In this document: positions 15,240 to 30,240 of the stretch, in pieces
Layout: each line of letters starts with the position of its first letter
Position numbering within the stretch: the first letter of the stretch is position 1
Assembly: GCF_009914755.1 (NCBI RefSeq)
Contig: NC_060931.1
Length of the DNA: 64,000 nucleotides
Reading direction: 5' to 3' (one strand)
From: the human T2T-CHM13v2.0 reference genome, Homo sapiens
Translations under genes and position numbers: made by a program
The notes under the pieces: generated by a model
Seen by the model: the letters and a program-made list of their open reading frames with translations, nothing else
What the model was told of the DNA's origin: nothing
Database searches by the model: none

Positions 15240-15435
15240 TTTTCATCATTTTTTATTATGTAAAATATATATAACAAAATTTACCATTTTAACCATTTAA
15301 AAATGTACAATTCAGTGATACTAAGTACATTTATAATGTTAGATAACCATTGCTGTTATCTAATTCCAGAATATTTTCATATTCCCAAAGAGAAACTTTG
15401 TCGCCATTAAACAGTAACTCCTCATTTCCCCTTCC
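15240..15435 (-). mobile_element. L1MB-type 3' end inserted in a MIR
   Basis: aacaaaatttaccattttaaccattt..aatgtacaattcagtg motif; MIR-like sequence on both sides (~15060-15230, ~15440-15510). Confidence 0.7.
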
Positions 15436-16018
15436 TCTTGGATCTGGGATTTGAACTCATGAAACCTGAGATTAAAGCCCCAGGTTTAAGTACCAGGCTC
15501 TACCACCTTTAATGGTACCACCATTTTCTCCTTCATTGTGTATTTGACTTAATTCCAGGTTTTAGTGTTTGCTTTTTGTGTCGGGCCTCATGAGTAGAGC
15601 GCTCCATGGTGAAGGAATAGCAGCCATAGAATAGTTCCAGAATAATGGAGGCTTTGTGGCAAAGGTAGACATCAGGGTGCAAGTCAGCCTTAGCACTGCT
15701 AACTTAGCATCACTTACTAGCCTGCGGGTAGTTCTAACAACTAAGCAAGAAGGCCAGGATGTTGTGCTAAGCTGATGAATCAGTTTACAAATATGAACCT
15801 TTGCTATCCCATATCAATGGAATCATCAGGGGCTTCAAGTTTAAAAATCATTCAGCTTCCTATACTGCTATTTCCATAGCTAATAGGGAGAATATATATT
15901 GCTTTATAGCAAATCGCATGCTGGACTTAGTGTCTTTCTAAACTGTATATTATGCCCAGATGTTGAAAAGTCTTCTCTTGAAATTAAAGTAAATTTATGC
16001 AACTATATTATTTGGTAA

Positions 16019-16449
<431 letters not shown>

Positions 16450-16469
16450 TAACAGAGAGCTGATATAAG

Positions 16470-16953
16470 AGTGGGGAAGGCCTTTCTAGAATCATGAACC
16501 CAAGTATTGACATCATAACAAAAAGTTGACTATATCGAAATTTAAAAGTTCTATATGGCAAAAGACAGCATAGACAAAGCTAAAAGTAAAAAGACAAATT
16601 GGAAAAAAAAAATCTACAAAATAAGTGATAGGAAAATGGCTTCAGTCAACAGCCAAGGCAATCCTAAGCAAAAAGAACAAAGCCAGAAACATCACATTAC
16701 CTGACTTCAAACTATATTACAAAACAGCATCATTCTGGTAAAAAAAAAAAAAAAAAGACACATAGAGCAATGGAGCAGAATAGAGACCCTGAAATAAAGC
16801 CATACACCTACAACCAACTAATCTCTGACAAAGTTGACAAAAATAAACAATGGAGAAAGAATATCCTATTCAATAAATAGTGCTGGGAAAACTGGCTAAC
16901 CATATGCAGAAGAATGAAACTGGACCCCTACCTCTTACCATATACAGAAATTT
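16470..16953 (+). mobile_element. L1 ORF2 fragments (older L1M piece followed by an L1P piece)
   Basis: gcaatcctaagcaaaaagaacaaagc...aataaatagtgctgggaaaactggctaaccatatgcagaagaatgaaactggacccc. Confidence 0.75.
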
Positions 16954-17093
16954 GGCCTGTCATAGTGTCTCACACCTATAATCCCAGCACTTTTGGAGGC
17001 TGAGTAGGAGGATTGCTTGAGCCCAGGAGTTTGAGATCAGCCTGGGCAACATAGCAAGACCTTGTCTCTACTAAACATAAAATTAAAAAATAC
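16954..17093 (+). mobile_element. AluJ left arm / FLAM_C monomer
   Basis: Left-monomer sequence with J diagnostics ending in the A-rich linker. Confidence 0.85.
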
Positions 17094-17720
<627 letters not shown>

Positions 17721-18710
17721 TAGTGTTCTTTCCTTCCCTTCAGACTTTGACATAGCATTAAATAGCCACAGCAGTCCTGAAAATAGATGCTTTTGCTAAA
17801 CAGCACAATGTCTCAGTGTACTGTTTATACTGCAGTCTCTTTAAGTGTCAAGTAAGGGCATTGTTATGAAAGCTATAGGCAGAATATTTTAAAACCAGGA
17901 AGGGGGAGGAGAGCCAGGTAGGGAAGCTTTATATTTTCTGATATCCACAGTGGGTAATATTCAAGATTCAAATGAAGTTCAGAGTAACTTCCCAGATTTT
18001 AAATATTCTGTGTCATGTAAGAACGAGGAGGAATCGCTGATCAATTAGGTTTAAAAGCTACTGAAATTCTCAAGAATCATTTTAAAAAGGTACTTATAAA
18101 TGCCCCTAAAGAGATGAGAATAACCTTCCCCATCGGCAGTACATGAGTTAAATATGTGGTTAATGATGATACAAAAAGAAGTGCTATGTGAAATATCAGT
18201 TCATGTGAGATGATGCTCAATATTAATTTATGGGATATCAATAATGTTTTAGTCTAAATGAAACTTCCCTGTATATAAAACATTCCTAATTATTGTTAAA
18301 CCATTACTTTCCACTTACCATTGATCTTAAGGAAATGACTAAAATTTTTGGAGTGTGCTGACACGGCACTATTATTCTGGGTCATTATTCAGAGCAGGTG
18401 TCAATCTCTTTCACTTAATCTCAAAGCAGAAAAAATAAAGACTAAGTAGTTTTTCCTTTAATCGAGTCGCTTTCAAAGAAAGAAAAACACATTAAGATAA
18501 GAGCAACTTTTATAGGGATGTTAACATGCTAATACTCTTTGAGATAGGTGAAGCTTTTGATTTTCAGCCAGGTTCAAGAGAAAACATTAAATTTTATAGA
18601 GTAGTGAATACAATAATTCCCTATAGAACCAGGTCAAGCCATTAGCAGCCAATGGTCTTCCAGATGAGGTTCCCCAAGCTTAAACCAGGTGATCTAGCTG
18701 TCTATTGTTA

Positions 18711-20242
<1,532 letters not shown>

Positions 20243-21039
20243 TAGTTGTCTCTTGTTAAACAACATTTCAAAGTTGATACGCACCTGCACCTCCAATCCA
20301 AGAGCATGGCATTTTTGAGTTACACCTGTTAGGATTTCAAGATGTGATTCTGAAAACTAAATCATACTAGGGTTAATAATTATACAACCACTGGTGTAAA
20401 AATGCATTTGTATGTCAAGACTGGAAGGGTAAAGTGTGATGGCTTCAACTAGAACATCAGCTTGTATAAAATTGCTCTGTTGCCCACAGACTCAGTGCAG
20501 ATTTGTTAACCTAAAGGTACCATCTCCTTCAAATACAGCTGGCTTATGCTAAGACTCAAAAACTGGACTCAGGGCCAGTTGGATTGATTCCTCCATCTAA
20601 CCCACAGAACTTCAATATTACATCTTATATGCAATTTTATGTAACTAATATTTATTGAGCACATTCTAAATGCCAGGCACAGGGCTAAGCACTTGACATG
20701 AATTATTTTATTAAATTCTCCCCAAAACCTTACAGGGCATAATAATATCTAAGACTATTTTTTCAGTAACTACTAGTGTCAGACATTGTTTTAAGCATGT
20801 TACATATATTAACTCACTGAATCCTTGCAGTATCCTAGGAGATAGATGCTGATATTATCTCCATTTTGTAGATGAAGAATCTGAACTTCAGAGAGGTAAA
20901 AAAAAATTGGCCCTGATCACACACCTAGTAAGTGACAAGGCTACGGCTGTCAAATCTCTTGCTGTCTGCTGCCTTTCCTCTCAGCATGTGAGCGTGGAGC
21001 TGGGGGTCTGGTGGATCCTGTCAATCATATGTCTGTGGG

Positions 21040-22038
21040 CAGCACCTGACACATAATTTTTGAATCCAGTGCTAACTGAAAATGCAGGGCCTCTTGTTTA
21101 AAAGGCAAGGGAAAAGTGCCACCGAAGATAATAAATAGAAAGTTTTTTCTCTCTTGCAAAGTCAATCTCTTGACTTGTCATGGTATGTTTTATTTGCTAT
21201 TTAATGTCACTTTAAATAGCAAAAAATTAAAATGTTACATTATTAGCATTAATTTTACTGTTCATCTTTACATCCTGCACTGCTAGTTTTAAATGTAAAT
21301 ATAAGATCACTTAACTTGTATGTGAAATCACTCAAATCCCATAATTTGTATGTCATGGCCCGTACATACATATGTATTTTGTTCTTACCAGAACGTGGAT
21401 ACACTGTACAAAACAAGCTCAACCACCTTTATTTCACTTCTTGATGTGCACACGTTCTGCCAACTCTCTGCTTTCTGTTTACTTGTGATGAGGAAAGATG
21501 GAAAAGAAAAAGAACTATGGGCCGCCCTATCTTTCTCTTGCCTTCTATGTCATCATTTTCAGTGTATGTGGTTGCCTAACACAGGGGCCTAATGCAGGTA
21601 AGATAGGGTTCTTGGTTGTTTATGTTTCTTGGGATGCCATTGATTTTTTTTGCATCCCAAGAAAGTTCTGGTTTGAAAGGAAAGCGTGACCTCTCAGGGC
21701 TGTCAGCCTCACCTCTCCTCTCCCATCCCACTCAGTCAGAGAGATCATGAATTTACCTTGTATTTGATTTGAGTCTTGCTGGATTTCCATGCACCTTGGG
21801 TCCACTGGAATTTGGTGCTCCTGAGGCATCATGAGCAAGAAACAGCAGACATGCCGTGATCACCAACCTCCTCATGCACATGCTCCACCAGGCTTCTTTT
21901 ATAAAGCATAAGTTCAAAGATAAAATTATTAAGAATTTCAAGATGGTGACAGTGAGCCTTAAACCAAATATGGGACCATTCTGAGCATGAGATGAGGCCC
22001 TGTGTGACCAGGTATCACAGGCCATGAAGCCAGTCCTG
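21040..22038 (-). mobile_element. MER45B-like hAT-Tip100 DNA transposon, near full length
   Basis: Ends cagcacctgacacataatt.. / ..catgaagccagtcctg and interior agree with remembered MER45B; 8-bp flanks tctgtggg / tctgtctg. Confidence 0.8.
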
Positions 22039-22740
22039 TCTGTCTGGAATGGCTTTTGATTAACCAGGCACAGAGTTTGCATGGAGGCTGGTGGCTTTTC
22101 CTACTCACTGCCAATCTCTGGCTTGTTCTCAACTTTCCTGATTCTTGCATCCTCAAACCAACTTGTGCTCAGGACTACCAAAGTATGGGGTGCCTTCAGG
22201 CAGGCACTGGGACAGGCAACAGCAATGTGGGTTCTTTTCTCATCTCTGCCATGCCCCAGCTGTGCAATTCTGGGTAAGTTACTCAGCCTTTCTAAGAGTA
22301 AGGTTCCAGCTGCCTCACAGAGTTGTGAAGATTAACAGAGAAAATGCACATAAATCCCTTAGCTCAAGGGTTGGCACAGAGCAAATGCTTGGTAAATGTT
22401 AGTTAACAGTGTTGTGGTTTTCACAGTTTTGGATGCATTTTGCAGTTTCATTTATTTGGAAATCTTTATCCCTTCAAATAAGGTAATGAAGAAACCTGGT
22501 GAAGACCCATTTTAGAAGGGATGGAAACTTCCCAATGGGACGATAGCTAGATGTTTAACCACAAAATGGGCTTCAGCAGCATCCCTTTCCCCATCACTGT
22601 TAATTTAGTTAAGAAAAGCCTAAAATAAAATTTTGGAAGTGGGAAAAGGTCACTCTGAGTGATGTGGGCAGAAGGGATGAGGAGAAGCCTTCTCTAGGGA
22701 TATGTTCATCTTTTTGGGAAGCTGCTAGAGGATTGGTCTC

Positions 22741-23040
22741 TTTTCCTTTTTTTGAAACAGGGTCTCACTCTATCATCCATGCTGGAGTGCTGTGGCGCAG
22801 TCACTGCTCATCGCAGCCTTGATCCTCCTGGGTTCAAACAATCCTTCCATCTCAGCCTCCTGAGTAGCTGAGACCACAGGTGCACACCACCATGCCTGGC
22901 TAATTTTTAAAAACTTTTTGTAGAGACGCTCAGGCTGTCTATGTTGCCCAAGCTGGTCTCGAACTCCCAGGCTCAAGTTATCCTCCCGTCTCAGCCTCCC
23001 AAAGAGCTGTGGTTACAGGTGTGAGCCACTGCGCCTGGCC
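22741..23040 (-). mobile_element. AluJ
   Basis: Antisense Alu with J diagnostics; TSD ttggtctc / ttgatctc. Confidence 0.92.
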
Positions 23041-23199
23041 TTGATCTCAAGCATATGAACTTTGGGTCATATTTTTGAGTGTCTCAGGCTGACCTCTTTT
23101 CTTCTCCGTCATCAGCTTCCTCCTGGATCCCTGCCCATCTATGAATTCATTAAACTAGAGTCACTCAAAGGATGTGTGTGTGGTGGTGGTAGGTGGGGA

Positions 23200-23355
23200 G
23201 TTCCCCAGACGCTTGCATCAGAATCACAAATGCAGAATCCTGGACCCAATGCCAAACCTTGGAACTAAAATCCCTGGGGACGTCTGACTCAAGAAACTGA
23301 CTTTAATAAGTTGCCTAGGTGTTTTTTGCTTACTCCACTAAGTTTGAGAAGTTCT
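23200..23355. mobile_element. MER5A-like hAT-Charlie fragment
   Basis: gcatcagaatcac..aaatgcagaatcctggaccc..aagtttgagaa motifs. Confidence 0.6.
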
Positions 23356-24361
23356 TTGGGAGCCTAGGAGCTGGGAAGAAAGAGACCATTTTTTGTTTTC
23401 TGACTTCAGCACTGGGCAGATCTGCTAATGTTTGCCGAATGTTGGAGAAATGACTGAACCCAAAGTACAGAGCTAAAGAATTTCTTCCCATCTGAGGCCT
23501 CTTGGGATGGTTTTATTCAGGCCTGATTAAGCACTAGTAAGGCTGTAAATGTCTTAAAATACTAAAATTCTTCCATGGGAGTTGGTAAATACCTAGTGCT
23601 TCCCCACTGGCCCAGCTGCCTAGTCCTCTCCCTTCCACTGCCCAGGATCCAGCAACTAAAGGTCTCCCAGGGGTCTCATCTATTCTCATTGGTCACTGCA
23701 GGTGCCAGTCAGCTCTGCATAGGTCCAACCTCTCTGCCACCGCCAATGGTACCTCGGGGGTTGGCTGTGTCCAGCCTATACTCCTGTTCTGTGGAGGGAA
23801 ATGGGATGAGCATCGGGAGAATCTTGGGTGGGTGGTACCCCAGCCAGTTTACCTTGGTTCTGGTGTAAGCGCCCCTGTCTCCACACGTCTGACAGGCCAC
23901 AATGGATGGAGTCCTGGTGGGTGAGAGGGCATTCCTAGTGGTGGTGCTGGCACCCCAGGGGGCAAATGCCCCAGGCCATGGCCACCGCCAGTGGAGGCAC
24001 CCTTAGAGATGCTCTTGCATAGCTGCTCTCAGCAACTGCAGCCTACATGAAACTCTGGCTCTGAGAAATCCTGGGAGAGACTGAGTGAGCATGAGGCAGA
24101 AATGTGAGTCCACAAACACAGGGGCTCTGCCAGCGCATTTGACAGATGAGAGGGCTGCTTGGTCCAGATGACACATGCAGAAGGCAATGTGGGGCTGGGG
24201 GAATTATGGGGTAAAGGTTCCCTTTTCATTTATTTAGTTAAGTTTGTAAAAAAAAAAAATCACCAAATGCCCACCTATCACAGCATTAGCCAAAATACCT
24301 TTATTAATAAAAAGAGAGTGAGTGCTTCCATAGTACTTGCCCTGTGCCAAACACAATTCTT

Positions 24362-24752
<391 letters not shown>

Positions 24753-26626
24753 TGAGGAAACTGAGAACCAGGCGTCAAGTAGCAGAGCTAAAATTTGAAT
24801 TCAGGCAGGCTGACACTAGAATCTACACTAATAAATACCTCTTCTTTTCTTCAGTTTACATTTAGAAATGATTTGTGTGTGTGTGTGAGATCTGGAATAT
24901 GTAAAAATCTCAGTCTGTAATATGACAGCTAGAAACCTTTTGCATGAAATTGCAATGATTTTATTTCTACAATAAGTAGAAAACTCAGTGATGAACTCTG
25001 AATAAGGCTGTGAGGATCAAACAGTCATCAGTCCCTGTGGTTTCAAGGAACACTAAAGGGCAAGGGGCCACTTAAACACTTAAAAACAGAAACAACATGC
25101 TAAGCTCTTCCATTTAGTATGTCAAAACCAGCTCAGAAGTATGTGACAATCCAGGCAATGTATTACAGTTTCTAGCCAGTCCAGTCATGATTCTCTGGCA
25201 AACTGCACCGTCATGGTTGTGATGCATTGGGATGAGAGGTACTATATAAATGTCAGATGTTACATAAATGTCAGAAATGATTATTGTTTATTAACGAGGG
25301 CTAAACTGTTTCTAAGCAAAGCTCCATCTCCCAGCCAATGTGTTCTTAGCAGAGGTTCCAACCACCAATAACCCACAAGAAGGGAATGCTTACCCCTGGC
25401 TCTATGAAGGAGCCCAGTTGGGATCTGGGCTTGAAAACAGGGATTGAGTTGGGCCCAGTGCCACCCCTTGCTCATCAAGTGATCTCAGGCCAGCCCCCAA
25501 CCTTCTGGTGTCTGCCTTAGCTCACCTGTAGAATGGGGATAATTATAATACCTGTCCTACTTCTGGTACCCGGGTTGGTGTGAGAAACAAGGGAAATCAC
25601 GTGGTCGCAAGCGCTTTGTAAGGTGTGAGGGGCTGCGAGGTTGGCATTGGTCGTCTAGAATCGGGCTGGATTTAGCCTATGCCTTCTCTTTGAATCCTAC
25701 TCAAAGGGAGAACTTCTGAAAGGAAATTCAGCAGGGGGATGGTGACAGTGATGGTGACGGCCGGATACTGGAGACGCCAGGCTCCTCTCGCTGCAGACCA
25801 GGCGCCCGGATCCTGCAGTCTGGCCCTGGCTCTGCCGCTCCCCAGCCCGTGAGCTTGGGCCAGTTACCGAAGAGGCTCTGGAAGTGACAGCCAAGGGCCC
25901 TTTCGGCTCTGACGCCGTGTCTAAATCAGGCTCATCACTTGGCTCTAGCTGTGATTCACCTTTCGCCTTAGGAGCAACTCTCCCTACAGCTTCTCAGACG
26001 CATGAAGCAGGGGTCCCGCGAAGGGTGGGGCTGTGTATTTCATGAGAGTGTGCACCATAAGGAAGTTATTCTCCTGGAGGAGGTGAGATGAGGGGGCGGT
26101 GAAGAAGGGGTGACAAGTGAGTGCTCTGAAAAGCCAGGATGCAGGGAGCACCGAAATGAGGTCATGACTGTCGCAAGCAAAAAGGAGCTGGACATCCTCC
26201 GGTGGGGGAGGGAGGAGCGTCCTGCATTTCTGTTTGCAAAGTCTTTTCCCACATCCTTCAGCATCCCCCTCCCCACCTCTCCCCTACCCCCATCCCTACA
26301 CCTTTCAAACCCCATCAGGCCCTCCCCGCAGAAGAGCCCACGCCCGCGCCTCCTCCGTGGTCTTGTCTGAAACCATAAGGATTGTTTCCAAGCTGACTCA
26401 CACCACTAATGTCAGGGAGCCGTGTCACACGGCGCTGGGCTCTGCAAGCTGTTGCTTGCGCAGTCGCCCCCGCCGCTGCCGCTCCCGGGCGGGTGCACCA
26501 GGGTCCGCGCGGGCGGGGCGGGGTCGGGGCGGGACCGGGGCGGGGCCTGCCCCCTCGACGCGCCGGCCCCGCCCCTCGCTCCGTCCCTCCCCAGCGGACC
26601 GCAATGATTTAGAAGTTCAGGAATCC

Positions 26627-26656
26627 CACGTGACGTCACCGGGGGGGTGATGTAAT
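26627..26656 (+). promoter_or_regulatory. Composite E-box/CRE plus C/EBP-ATF (CARE) element
   Basis: CACGTG 26627-26632 overlaps TGACGTCA 26631-26638; TGATGTAAT 26648-26656 fits TGATGXAAX. Confidence 0.75.
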
Positions 26657-26690
26657 GCACTCTAAATAGAATGTATTGTAATCTTTGCTC

Positions 26691-26746
26691 AGTCCAACGT
26701 GGTCCCTTCACCCGGGCTCCGCTCTTGCCTTCTCCACACTTGTTTG
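26691..26746 (+). other. CREB5: Candidate non-coding first exon from the CpG-island promoter
   Basis: TAAATA at 26663, Inr-like TCAGTCC with A at 26691 (28 nt later), donor TTG|GTAAGT at 26746|26747; no ATG in the exon. Start position is inferred. Confidence 0.6.
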
Positions 26747-29700
26747 GTAAGTTCCTAAAAATACGGCTCGGCCACTTCTGGGGCTTTTGCATTTAGCCAC
26801 TTTTGTTGCACTTGCCGCAGGAGCCATCTCGGGAGTGTACTTGTTTGCAGGGGTTGGTTCTCGGCAGCAGCCGCGAGGTTACTTGGTCCAGTGGGCAGGT
26901 CACAGGGCAAGGAGTAGGGAAGATGCGATGCATTTTTTTCTGGAGGGTGATCTGTGTTTGTAAACATTTTGGCGGACCAGAGGGAAGTCCGGCCCCGAGT
27001 GCTGGTAGACTGTGGAATTCGGCTGTGTCCTGAGGCCACCCTAGAGACCCCGCGCCGCGTGAGTGCCGGAGCGCTCGGTGGCCGCCGCGCCGCGCGCCTG
27101 GAGGGATGCTAACGTGGAGCCGGCGCCGAGTCCGCCCGGCGTGCGTGCGTGTGTGGGAGCGCGCGAGTCCCCTGACGCGGGGACCAGTTATGAATCGGGG
27201 GTGTGTGTTTGCCTCCAGAGACCTGGCAAGGTGCGGAGCCCTCCAGAAGTGCGGTCAAGCGGCAGCGGAGACGGCGAGCCAGGAACCTCCCCCCGCGTCC
27301 CCAGCTTCCCAGCGTGGCGGCGGAACCCCCGGAGAAAGTTTGCAAACTTCCAGCGGGCGCGGCGAGGACGCCGGGTCACCTAGGGGGCGGGTGGGCGCGC
27401 GCGCAGGGGGCTCGCTCTCCCCGGTGCGGAGCTGCAGCTGCCACCTCTCCCGCCGGGCTGCCGGCTGCAGCGGGTGGGCGCGCGCCCGGGGAGGGGAGGT
27501 CGCCCTCGGAGGGCGCTTGGCTTTCGCTCCAGGCGCTCCGGGCTGGAGAGCGGCGAGGCTCCGTCCGCTCCAGTCCACTCCTCCGGCCGCCTCCTGCCTC
27601 CGCTGCTTTCTTGCTGGCATCGTTACCTCTTCCCGGCCGCTGCCCCAAATGACAGCTCCGGCTCGAGCTTTGGCGGCGCCCAGGCAATTCCCAAGACCTG
27701 GCGGCGGAGTCTCCCCCTGCGGCAGATTCTCGGCAGAATCACTTGAACTTTTCACGAAGTTCTTAGAGGGGCAAGATGCGAAGGAAGGAACCAAGGAGAT
27801 GTTTTCTCTCAGCAGCTGCATCCCGCTTCTTCTTTGCCATAGATTTATTTTTAAGGGGCGTCTGGTAGATAAAGCCCTAGACCTTGTCCACACTCTCACC
27901 CCCATCCCCAACTTTCCCTGGACCGGTGCCGCCCCCACTTGATGCTTGCTCAAGGCCGGGGACTGGAGCGGGCTACTTGTATATTTCGTTGTCAGTCTGC
28001 AGAATGTGTTTGATTTTTATTTTTCCCTCCTTCTCTGACATGTGTCAAGGAATAAAGACTGGATACAGGTCCATTACGTCATTCTGCAGGCCAGTAAGTG
28101 TTTGATTAACGGCTTGAGCTCCTCAAGGGTTCAGGAGCTTAGAATGCTGACAAAGCAACTCTGCTTTGCATCCCCCTACCCTCCCCACAACACACTCGTG
28201 CAATCGCCGGCTCCCTGGGCATCTTTATTGCCCTCTCTTCCCAGCCCCTCCCTCTCCACCACTCCCCCGTCTACACCGTTATCACTCTAGCCCCGCCCCC
28301 GCCTTTTTACAGCTTTCCCTGGGGCGAGCACGGTCCCTGGAGTGTGGGTAAAAGCTTCTGGGGTCTGAGGGGACCACTGTACCTGATCAGCGCGCAATCC
28401 GCCCTTTTGTATTATTTAAGAAAGGCACCAGTAAGCCTTCTCCTCTAGGGCGAAAATGCTTAGTCCTGATAGAAAAGGCAAATCAGGAAATGTTTGCAAG
28501 CGTTATGATAATACTCTGTCCTCGTGGTGGTGACTTAGGAAAGCAATACACCCACTGCAAACAAAGTATTTCACTTTACGTAGTGCCTGCCCTTTAGCAG
28601 AAGAGGGATGCTGACAAAATCAGGTTTAGCTGAAAGGATCAAGACTAAACGTTTCATTTCCAAAGTGAGGGAATGTGAGTCGTTGAACCTAAACTTCCAT
28701 ACAATAAATTGCTGCGTGCGTTAGTTTCTAGCTCTTAACCTTAAGTTTCTATGTTGAAAGAGGAAGTCGAATACGTAAGTCATTGAACTGAGTCAGAACC
28801 TCCGTATCTGGCAGTTGAAATAAAGACCCTGTGTATGACTTGTTGCAAGGGATCAAAGTAAAAAGAACCCTCGGTGTGGGGGGTGGGGGGGTGGGGGCGT
28901 GAGGGAGGTGTGCAGCAGAAATTAAATTTAAAAAAGTATTAACAGAGTTTTGGATAGAGGGAGAGAGGGGATTGGAGTGGTCCCTGATTTGGAGTTGGTG
29001 AAAACTAAATAAAGAAAAGTTTATATTGCAAATATGTGGGAATTTCTTGAAGAACACATGTTTTCTTATAATTAGATCTACTTTCTTCAAAGCGAAAGCC
29101 ATGCTGTAGGGTAGGCATTTGTGAAACTCCTGTCTGGGGTCTAATTGACATCCTTCCCCAAGTCTGTGGCAGGATTTAGTATTTATTCACATCTAGAGAT
29201 GAAATAGTGTAACCTCCACACAATATATGTGCATCGAAAATGTTGAACTTCTTGTTTGTGATGCATAGACTTAAAGGAAAAAAAATGGCCCAGTCATGGG
29301 CACTGGAAAGTGTGATTAATGATCAGTGATTTAGTGATCAGTGATTAGTGGTTTTATTCAAACTGTTACCTCTGACCAGAAGCACACATCAGAGGATTAA
29401 CAGGCTCTTTAGATAAATGCTCATTAGTGGAAGGGGAAAAGCAAAGATAATAGGCATGCACCCAGGGACAACTTTCGAAGAAAATCATTCCCGTCTTCAG
29501 AATAATAAGCTCTATTAACAGAAAGCCCTTTTAATTTAAAACTTGCTTTTATCTTGTAAATCAAAGTTAGATGTAAAAGTTTGTAGTGCCATTATAACCT
29601 AAATTTTCCCATATCCACTAGATGTGGATTATCTCAGTAGCGATATTTTTTTTTATTTAAACAAACAATTGGACCTTTAGAGCAGCTGAACCCTGACAAG

Positions 29701-29809
29701 TTCTTAACTCCCAGGGTTTGAAAGTGTCCCCCCTTCTAGCATGGAGATTGCAGCTTGCTAACTAGATGGCGCACTGTTATTTGGTGTTCTCTGCTGCGTA
29801 GCGCAGGAG

Positions 29810-29815
29810 TATAAA
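29810..29815 (+). promoter_or_regulatory. CREB5: TATA box of the CREB5 alpha first exon
   Basis: TATAAA about 30 nt upstream of the remembered mRNA 5' end. Confidence 0.75.
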
Positions 29816-29921
29816 CTGAGCATGTAGCTGCTTGCGAGGTGTTCTTCAACATTTACAACAAAGTTGATTCTGTGTAGGGTTGGAGGCTAGACAGTTCCAC
29901 AAATTTTTAGTCACATTTTCC

Positions 29922-30014
29922 ATGTCAGTTAAATCTAGGGAGTTCAAGACTACTGGAAAAATTAGTCTCATTACTAAAAGAAACTTAGAGAACGAGGGAG
30001 GTACCAGAGTCTAG
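29922..30014 (+). other. uORF, 30 codons (MSVKSREFKTTGKISLITKRNLENEGGTRV*)
   Basis: Only upstream ATG in the exon; translated by hand to TAG at 30012-30014. Confidence 0.6.
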
Positions 30015-30237
30015 GAGGTACCTCTGGGTTGCAGAAGTAATTGTAAAATACCAGACCTGTTCTTTTTACTAAAAGCTAGTTTCACTATCTTCTGGTCTGA
30101 AATACTGAGGCAAATACTCAAGACTTATTTTCTTCCTAATCTTGCTGGTGAAACAGAAGTTACTAGAAAGAAAGGAAGAAAAAACTTGATTTGGTGACTG
30201 CAGGAAGCAACACGTTGCTGCTTTTATTCTACAGATA

Positions 30238-30240
30238 ATG
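30238..30240 (+). CDS. CREB5: CREB5 start codon (only coding bases in the window; CDS continues in a downstream exon outside it)
   Basis: ATG is the last triplet before the GTAAGG donor, with A at -3; remembered protein starts M|IYEESKMNLEQ. Confidence 0.8.

Larger units (their letters stand above)
26330..27800. promoter_or_regulatory. CREB5: CpG island promoter (CREB5 internal promoter)
   Basis: Very GC- and CpG-rich, repeat-free; several GGGCGG GC boxes at 26488-26575. Confidence 0.9.
29840..30240 (+). other. CREB5: CREB5 first exon (alpha isoform 5' UTR plus ATG)
   Basis: aacatttacaacaaagttgattctg...ttctacagataatg matches the CREB5/CRE-BPa mRNA leader as I remember it; ends ATG|GTAAGG. 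Confidence 0.85.

Noticed and set aside
27106-27953. Long overlapping ORFs (278 aa +, 232 aa -, 149 aa +) in the CpG island
   Set aside because: Stop-codon scarcity in GC-rich DNA; Arg/Pro/Gly/Ala-rich low complexity, no recognisable domain, mostly non-ATG starts.
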